Positions 55,855 through 64,000 of a DNA stretch of 64,000 nucleotides are shown in pieces. The stretch's first letter is position 1, and the number at the start of each line of letters is the position of its first letter. The DNA is from Eledone cirrhosa. Taxonomy: Eukaryota. Location of the stretch: positions 53,072,001-53,136,000 of the forward strand of contig OZ024751.1 of the NCBI GenBank assembly GCA_964016885.1, read 5' to 3'. The notes under the pieces are model-generated. The model ran no database searches. It was not told the origin of the DNA and saw only the letters and a list, made by a program, of their open reading frames with translations. The position numbers and the translations under genes are program-made.

Positions 55855-55942
55855 TGGGTTTCAAGCCGCATGCCCATATGGATACTGCACACCACATTCT
55901 GCTGTATGGTTGTGGTCTGCCAGGTAAAAAGGATAAAATCTG
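55855..55942 (+). CDS. PHM: PHM/PAM coding exon 3 (CuH His-His)
   Basis: Acceptor ttctttcag; (V)GFKPHAHMDTAHHILLYGCGLPGKKDKI(W); phase 1 to 2; donor GTATGT at 55943. Confidence 0.95.
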
Positions 55943-56423
55943 GTATGTAAATATTTTATCTCTAAATGACTAGGGGAGCCTCATTGTAATGGAAGAGAAA
56001 AGTGGATATATGCTACATGTGTGAGAAGTGCTGTGTTTTATGGGAGTGAGATATGGTTGATGGACATGTAGTAAAAGAGAAGGCTGGAAAGAAGGGAAAG
56101 GTGTATGTATGCTACATGTGTGAGAAGTGACATGATTTATGAGTGAGACAGGGTTGAACATGGAGCAACAGAGAAGACTAGAAAGAATGGAAGGCAAAGG
56201 TATGCTACATGAGTAAGAAGTGTCATGATTTATGTGTGAGAAGTGTTATTCATTTCATATTGCTCCAGTTTAATCAGCTGAAAAAATGAATACTAGCAGC
56301 TTGATGTAGATTTATTTAAGTTCAAATTAAAGTAATTAACAGTTTTAGTTGCATATATGAATGCGAGATCACCTTTTTGATATATTATAAATGTTAGATC
56401 ACCAGAATTTGTTGCGATTTTAA

Positions 56424-56609
56424 CTCTTTAGCATTTATGCAGTCAGAATTCTTTTACTTCTTTCTGTTGAAACTGGCCACTCATACTGATGTTAAGGTAT
56501 TATTCTCAAAATGAATAATAACAAAATCTCATAGATTCGATATTATGTAAAGTAAAGCCTTTACTGTTAAAATACAATAGTAAATATAGAATAATGTAAA
56601 TGTTAAGGG
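56424..56609. mobile_element. piggyBac-type MITE, same family as 37567-37787, opposite orientation, degenerate
   Basis: TTAA|CTCTTTAGCATTTA ... TAAATGTTAAGGG; internal aaaatacaatagtaaata is the reverse complement of text in the first copy. Confidence 0.7.
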
Positions 56610-56748
56610 TTTTGCTTGTGTGTTCTCCGAGATTAGAGCTAAAAGGTTGTTTCTTTGATATGTGCAGTGATTATAATTTTGTGTTATTGAAACAATCATT
56701 AGTGTTTGCTATCATTTCATTCTGGTTACTGGTCTCATATATTTGTAG

Positions 56749-56870
56749 GAATTGTGGAGAAATGGGGCCAAACGAATCCAGCCAGTATTCTACTGGTCCA
56801 ACATGTCGTACAAATCCTTCAATTCTGTATGCTTGGGCAATGGACGCGCCCAGTCTAAAGCTGCCTAAGG
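56749..56870 (+). CDS. PHM: PHM/PAM coding exon 4
   Basis: Acceptor tttgtag; (W)NCGEMGPNESSQYSTGPTCRTNPSILYAWAMDAPSLKLPK; phase 2 to 1; donor GTAAGT at 56871. Confidence 0.95.
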
Positions 56871-57000
56871 GTAAGTTACATGTGTATCCATGTGAATATT
56901 CTGTTTCCATGTGTGTATATGTAAGGTGTTTTCATTGATCAACATATATTTATATATACATATATACACATATATATGTATATACACACACATATATGTA

Positions 57001-57655
57001 TCATCATCATCATCATCATCACCGTTTTACGTCCGTTCTTCCACGCTAGCATGGGTTAGACGGGTTGTCCTGTTGTGGGCAGTGTCTGGTCGGCTGACCA
57101 TGCCTTGCTCATACAGGAACTGATCTGGCTTGATTTCTACAGCTGGATGCCCTTCCTAACACCAACCTCATTTACAGTGAGTGCTGGGTGCTTTTTCGTG
57201 GCGCCTACACGTCCACTTTACAGTGTGGGCTGGGTGCTTTTTTGCCGTGGCACCTCCACGACCACCTTGCGGTGGGGGGGGGGGGGGGCATATTGTTTAT
57301 ATGCTTCAGCATGTACCCATGGGAGGTCGGGTACCCTGTATTACTGCGTGACGCCAGAAGTCACGGTCGTGTGTCATTGACTTTGAGAGGTGTAGTTGGG
57401 TAAGGTCGGCTTTTATCACATCATCCCAAGTCATCTTGGGTCTCCCCACTCCGCGGTTTCCATCAACTTCTAGTGCTCTGCACCTTTTTATGCAGCTGTC
57501 ATCCTTCATACGCATCACATGTCCATACCAGCGTAACCGCCTCTCCTGCACGCAGCATTTGATTCCTCTTATGCTCAGTCTCTCTCTCAATTCATTTATG
57601 CTTTGTCGTTCACGTATATTACTGTTACACATCCATCGGAGCATGCAGGCTTCGA
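57001..57655 (-). mobile_element. 3' end of an RTE-type LINE (C-terminus, 3' UTR, (GAT)n tail)
   Basis: [37 protein letters not shown], followed by the tail shared with 36753 and 45753. Confidence 0.88.
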
Positions 57656-57820
57656 TACATATATACACATATACAAACATATATGTATATACATATATAT
57701 ATATAGTGTGCATATGTATATATGTATGTATATATATATATATATATACACATATACAAACATATATGTATATACATATATATATAGTGTGCATATGTAT
57801 ATATTTTTTTTTTTTTTTTT

Positions 57821-60800
57821 TGCGCGCGGGGACATAGAAATAATCGGGCTGGATGCCCGATCGCGCAGTTAAACCAGTGGGAGTGAAGAACCCCTAGCCC
57901 TTGTCAGGGCATTCTTCTAGGAGAAGGCATCTCAGGAAACTGGGTTAACTCCGATATAAAACCTGCGGCTCAGTAGTTACCGATGATGTTGATCTTTTCT
58001 TCTTTTCGGGTTATAGCTACTGTCGCTCAGAGAGTGGGATTGGCTCAGTGCACAGTCTTTCCTCGCTTTAAAAATATTCGTCACGCACAGGCATTGCACG
58101 AGTGCATTAATAATTATTAATAGTGTACTATTATTATTATTATTATTATTATTACTATTATTATTACTTTTTTTTTTTTTTTTTTCCAATTCAATGATGT
58201 TCCAGAACAATGTAAAAGAGATAATTGGCAATTTAGGTTCTGGAACAAAAAAGATCATTGGCAATAAGGGCAGGGGCTTCAAGTTATCACAGCCTGGGCC
58301 CGCTCGTCATCGTGCCATTGTAATAGAGCCAAACAAGGCATTTAGTCTTGGCTGCTGGAACGTACGGACGCTGCTTGACAGGGATTCCTTGGGGTGTCCT
58401 GAACGAAGGACCGCTCTTGTTGCAAAGGAGCTTTGACGTTACGATCTTGACATCGTGGCTTTATCTGAGACGAGGTTAGCTGGAGATGGTCATCTTACGG
58501 AATTTTGTGGAGAATATACATTCTTCTGGAAAGGAAGAGATGAAGGAACCAGAAGAGAGGCTGGGGTAGGATTTGCTGTTAAGACTGTACTTGTGAATAA
58601 ATTAGAAGAATTCCCAGTAGGGATTAGTGAGCGTCTTATGTCCATGAGAGTTCCGCTGGACAAAGGAAGATATGCTACCCTGGTGAGTGTGTATGCTCCA
58701 ACTATGAATTCTGTCGATGAAGAAAAACTGTCATTTTACCATGCCTTGAAAGGTGTTCTAAGAAATATCCCTCAGGCAGACAAAGTCATCGTGCTTGGTG
58801 ACTTTAATGCTAGAGTGGGTAAAGATTTTAACACATGGAATGTAATCGGAAGGCATGGGGTGGGAAAGTGTAACAGCAATGGTATGCTCTTGCTGCAGAT
58901 ATGTGAGGAGCTGGATCTGTGTGTTACCAACACCATGTTCCAACAAAAGAACAAATTCAAGACCACATAGATGCATCCTGCATCTAAGGAATGGCATCTA
59001 TTGGACTAGGTCCTAGTCAGGATGCGTGACAGACAGGATGTGCAGTGTGTTCGTGTTCTTCGTGGAGCTGAGTGCTGGACGGACCAACACCTGGTACGCG
59101 CAAAAGTGAAACTAATCACCAAACGTAAAATCCGGGCTCCTGGTGTTACCCTGCCTAATAGATTGAATGCTACTCGCCTTAAGGATAAAAATGTGAAGAG
59201 GACATTGGAAGAAGAGATGCAGGCTGCAGATCTTGGTGAGGATTGGCCGACCCTTAAAAAGTCGGTTTATGATGTGGGCAGGCGTGTTCTGGGATTGGTG
59301 CAGAGAAAACATCAGGACTGGTTAAATGAGAATGATGTACATATAGAAGACTTGTTGGCTGATAAGAGGCGTGCTCTGTCACGCTACTTGACGGCAAAAC
59401 CACAGGAGAGGAATACGTTGCATGAGGAGCTCAGGGATGTAAAATCACGTGTTAGGCGGAGTCTTTCTCAGATGAAGGATCAGTGGTGGAGTGAGAAGGC
59501 TGGTGAGATACAAACTGCGTCTGATTCCAATAACACAAAGCTGTTGTACAGTCTCTTGCGTGAGGTTTATGGACCGTCTTCTCTGGTGACACCGCTTCGC
59601 AGCAAGGATGGCAAAGAACTTCTTCGTGACTCACAGGGAATTCTACGAAGGTGGCGAGAGCACTTTGATGATCTTTTGAATCAGCCGTCTGTCGTCAGTG
59701 AAGATTTCCTCAATCTCATTCCAGAAAGTCCTGTGAAAGTAGCTCTCGCAGAACCTCCGACGCTTGTGGAGGTTGCAGTGGCTATTTCGAAGCTGAACAG
59801 TGGAAGATCTCCAGGTATGGATGGCATACATGCTGAGCTCCTACAATATGGTGGTGAGAGACTCCTGCAACATCTGCACTCTTTGTTTGGAAGGATATGG
59901 GCTAATGAATCCGTACCTGAGGACTGGAGAGATGCAGTAATGGTGGTCTTGTACAAGGGAAAGGGTAACAGGAATGATTGTGGGAACTACAGAGGTATAT
60001 CATTGCTTTCTGTCGTAGGGAAAGTTTTATGTAGGGTGCTTCTGGACCGTCTGCTGACACACATTGCAGATTGTGTTCTTCGTGAAAGTCAATCTGGTTT
60101 TCGTGCTGGACGCGGCACTACTGATATGATCTTCTCAGCTAGACAGCTCCAGGAGAAGTGCATTGAACAAGGCTTGGATCTGTATCAGGTTTTTGTTGAT
60201 CTGACAAAGGCTTTCGATACTGTCAACAGAGATGCATTATGGAAGGTTCTCCAGAAACTTGGTTGCCCTGATAAGTTCCTTGCTTTAGTTATGACGACAT
60301 GAAGGCTTGGGTTAATGTCGGAGGTAACATGTCGGAGCCTATCTCAGTAAAAAATGGAGTGAAACAGGGGGATATTCCAGCACCGACCCTGTTTGCCATG
60401 GTTTTCTGTATTGCATTCAGGAATTGCGAGCATGGTGTTTACATCCGATATCGAACCTCAGGCAGCATATTTAACATCAGGCGCTTTGCTGCGAAGACAA
60501 AGGTATTTACATCAATCATAAGAGACCTCTTGTATGCAGATGATTGCGATCTTGTAGCGCACACAGAGAGTGATATGCAGCCCATTTTGAATGCATTTTC
60601 TGACGCTTGCACTGCCCTGGGTTTGACTGTCAGTCTCAAGAAAACCGTCGTCATGTACCAACCTGCCCCTAGTAAGCAGTACACTGAACCAAACATCTAT
60701 GTGTATGACAAACGACTTGGAGTGGTTGATCAGTTTGTCTACCTAGGAAGCACTGTCAATTGGTACAGCAAACTTGACAGTGAAATCTCACTTAGGATTA

Positions 60801-61513
60801 GGAAAGCAAGTGATGCTTTCAGAAAGCTAGAAAGGCGACTCTGGGGTCGGCGAGACATATGCAGGAGGACAAAGGTAAAGGTGTACAGGGCATGTGTACT
60901 CTCTTGTCTTCTTTATGCCTGCGAGACCTGGGTCACATATCGACACCACCTTAAACAATTGGAGCGTTTCCATCAGATGTGTCTCAGACGGATCCATGGC
61001 GTTCACTGTGGTAGAGAATGTAAATCAGCAGGAGGGCTCAAGCGACATGCAAAAGTACACGAACTCCAACCACAGCCGACTATTCCCAGTGAATGTTTTG
61101 GTTGCCGACTCTGTGCAAGACATTTTAGATCATTGGCTGGGCTGAAAAGCCACATTCGATTGCAGCATTGTTAGTTGCTATCGTGTGTGTGTGTGTAGAT
61201 ATGCTTATGTGCGTGCGTGTGTGTGTATATATATATGAATATGTATATTATTATTGTTGTTGTCGTTAATATTATTATTGCTATTATTATTATTATTATT
61301 GTTATTAATGTATGTGTGTGTGTATGTGTATGTATGTGTGTATGTATGTATGTATGTATGTATATATATATATATATATATATTATTTATTTATTATTAT
61401 TATTATTATTTTATTTTATTTTATTTATTTTATTTTATTTATTTATTTTTTATTTATTTTTTTTTTTTATTCTCGTGCAATGGCCATACTCGATAACGAG
61501 GGGGCAGCCATCA
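57821..61513 (+). mobile_element. Near full-length decayed RTE-clade LINE (APE endonuclease + RT + two C2H2 fingers)
   Basis: CWNVRTL, ALSETRL, GVGFA, SVYAPT, LGDFNARVG; SPGMDGI, NYRGISLL, SQSGFR, VDLTKAFDTV, GVKQGD, YADD; terminal CGREC..H...H and CRLC..H....H. Stops at 58434, 58968 and 59007, a frameshift near 60295 and an apparent deletion after CLRRI. Confidence 0.92.
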
Positions 61514-61535
61514 TATATATATATATATAAGTATG

Positions 61536-62084
61536 TATGTATACAGACGTACAGTAGCATGTATATATATATATATATATATATATACATACAGGCACAC
61601 ATATATATATGCACGTATCAGTTTACCGAACATTTATTATAATGTTCGCTTTGTTCGTTTGTAAACAAACGGACAGCCTAATTTACGCCGTACAGTGTTC
61701 AGGCAACCACGTCACCTTTTTGTTCAACACTGACACAGGAACGATGTACTAGTTTCAAGCTTGTTAGCTATCGTCAGCACCGTATACCTTTCTACCAGAT
61801 GGTTGAACGTTCGAAAGTATATACTTTCCTTATGAAAATTAACGGCTGAGCAGCCTAATTTGCATATCGAGTGAGTTCAGTCGGCCAGGCGCACCGAAAA
61901 CGATAAATGGAATAGAATGAAACACTGTACGGCGTAAATTAGGCTGTCCGTTTGTTTACAAACGAACAAAGCGAACATTATAATAAATGTTCGGTAAACT
62001 GATACGTGCATATATATATGTGTGCCTGTATGTATATATATATATATATATATATATACATGCTACTGTACGTCTGTATACATA
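61536..62084. mobile_element. Foldback element: 164-bp apparently perfect inverted arms around a 221-bp spacer containing a hammerhead
   Basis: 61536-61699 is the reverse complement of 61921-62084. Confidence 0.85.
61742..61782 (-). ncRNA. Minimal type I hammerhead ribozyme
   Basis: Minus strand: CGGTG-CTGACGA-TAGC-TAACAA-GCTT-GAAA-CTAGTA-CATCG. Stem I CGGTG/CATCG, palindromic ACTAGT stem III, GUA triplet, U-U at the base of stem II. Confidence 0.7.
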
Positions 62085-62829
62085 TATGTATGTACATATA
62101 CATACATACTTACATTTAAGTAAGTGCCGTACTAAGAGTGAGAAATGAAATTTCGTTTCATTCTATTCCATTTATATATATATATACACACACACATATA
62201 TGTATATACATATACATATATATATATTTATTCACTATACATACACACACACACACACACATATACATATACACATATATCTTTATTAGCACAACATTTA
62301 TTCACCAGGTAGTGCTACTAACATAAGTATATCCTCATTCCTCTGGAACCAATGACCAATCATGATCCTTGTAGGACTGGCTGTTTCTCACAGTATATCT
62401 TTATTTATTTAGTTCAGATATGAAATAAGAAAATATACATTTGTACAGAATATTCTAAACAGATGTCCTTTTAATTTGTTGTTATATTGTTGTTGTGTAT
62501 TTATCTTTTTTGTTATCTTATATTTATCTATCCCTAAATACCTGGATAGTCACGATTTCAGCTGTTTTCATTGCATGTGTTTGTTTTGTTAATTGGGATG
62601 TGTGTGTCTGTGTGTATATGTGTCTGTGTCTCTGTGTGCATGCATGTCTGTTTGTGTCTCTGTCTGTGTATGTGTGTCTGCATGTGTGTGTTATATTTTC
62701 TAACAAAGAAAAAGAAAATATTTCCTTCTCCTTGATCAGCAGCAACAGGTAAGTTAGTAAATAGGTAATGTCAAGAAATAAGGACACTACTACTACTACT
62801 ACTACTACTACCCCACCACCACTACCACC

Positions 62830-62952
62830 TTGTTAGGGATCAGGCCCCTTTTCTTCAGCTTTGCTAGGGATCAGACCCCTTTTATTCAGCCTTGATAGGG
62901 ATCAGACCCCTTTTATTCAGCCTTGATAGGGATCCGTCCCCTTTTCTTCAGC
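62830..62952. repeat. ~30-33-bp minisatellite, about four copies
   Basis: Unit approximately TAGGGATCAGACCCCTTTTATTCAGCCTTGA. Confidence 0.8.
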
Positions 62953-63752
62953 TCTGCAACTCAATCACACATACTCCTGATGAATATCAAATGTTTCAAC
63001 TTACCATTCTTTCCAGTATTAACATGTTGCACATTTTACATGCTAAGTCCATAGTCTATTTATTTCTAGTCTTTATCTGTTTTTTTAAATTTCCCTGTCC
63101 ATTCTTTTGGTGTGTTATCATCTCACATGCATTTAATCAACAGAAAAGTTTTCCAATCTGTTGTGCAAACAGTCATTACAAGTGAAATACCACCTTAATG
63201 TGCAAAATTGCACACAACCAAGGTGACTGTTGAAGTAAAGATGTAGCTCCCTGTTCATCTTATGTAGCTCTATTTTCTGCTGATACTATATAATAATGCA
63301 CATGTGTATATATGTATACCGTTTTTTTTTTTTTTTTTTTTTTTTAATTATAATCAATGTGCTGTATTAACTGACTTACCAATGCACACTGTGAATTTAT
63401 TTGCCCTAGGTGTCAGGAAGACACTTGGCACATATCTCAGAAACAATAATGAAAGAAAATAACAATAATAATAAAAATAATGAAATTATTGTGTACAGTG
63501 CTCAGGTGCACTACAACTCATCAAAGGTGCTTGTATAGTACATACAATAATGTACAAATGTTAGGAAAGTGAACAGTGTATGAGTCATGATATACATGTG
63601 TGCGTCTGTATGGAGGTGGGTATATCAGGAGTTGACGAATTTCAGGAAGCATGGAGGTTTTAAAGGATATATGTATATCTATATATCTCTCTTTATATAT
63701 ATACACACACATATTTATCTATTTCTTTTCTCTTTGTTTTATTTATTTCCAG

Positions 63753-63842
63753 ATGTTGGATTCAAGGTTGGTGGCACATCCAATGTGCAATACCTTGTAA
63801 TGCAGATTCACTATAAGAACGTGGAGAAATTTATCCCACCCA
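63753..63842 (+). CDS. PHM: PHM/PAM coding exon 5 (third CuH His); gene continues beyond the window
   Basis: Acceptor atttccag; (D)VGFKVGGTSNVQYLVMQIHYKNVEKFIPP; phase 1 to 1; probable donor GTTAGT at 63843. Confidence 0.93.
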
Positions 63843-64000
63843 GTTAGTATATTTCTTTCTTGATTATTCATTTATTTATTTACCTATTTTTTAACTCTTT
63901 TGCTACAAAACTGCCTGCAACCACCCTTGTTTCTATGATGAAAAACAGTTTATTTTAAAGTGTTTATATTTATCTAAAAACCTTCCATTATAATTTTATG

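Noticed and set aside
55922-55929. Alternative donor CAG|GTAAAA inside PHM exon 3
   Set aside because: It would give phase 1 against a phase-2 acceptor and lose the conserved W of W.CGEM; the donor at 55943 fits.
62977-63000. CTGATGA motif (also at ~7579, ~22527, ~33025)
   Set aside because: No stem II, GAAA or stem I partner; not hammerheads.

Overview
AT-rich eukaryotic (metazoan) genomic DNA; the SINE/LINE and microsatellite landscape looks like an octopod cephalopod (inference). Two host genes can be built by hand, both missed or fragmented by the ORF track. (1) The last coding exon of an SHB/SHD/SHE/SHF-type SH2 adaptor (870-1053, +). (2) The first five coding exons of a peptidylglycine alpha-hydroxylating monooxygenase (PHM/PAM) gene (37408-63842, +, continuing past the window), with a signal peptide, consistent splice phases and all three CuH histidines. 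About 18 kb is degenerate (TA)n array, including a 200-N gap; the giant YI-repeat ORFs come from these arrays. Mobile DNA includes a Neptune-like Penelope element (PLE), CR1-like, RTE-type and CRE-like LINE remnants, many tRNA-derived SINEs, and hAT- and piggyBac-type MITEs. The most interesting signals are: an apparently two-ORF PLE whose upstream ORF joins RT/GIY-YIG through an in-frame T-TTT-TTA slippery site plus hairpin; minimal hammerhead ribozymes from three unrelated sequence families, all in inverted repeats, one with a U3-A8 core; a 64-bp intronic hairpin whose arm differences are almost all G-U in ADAR-like contexts; a structured RTE 5' leader; and a minisatellite that resembles the neighbouring PHM exon.
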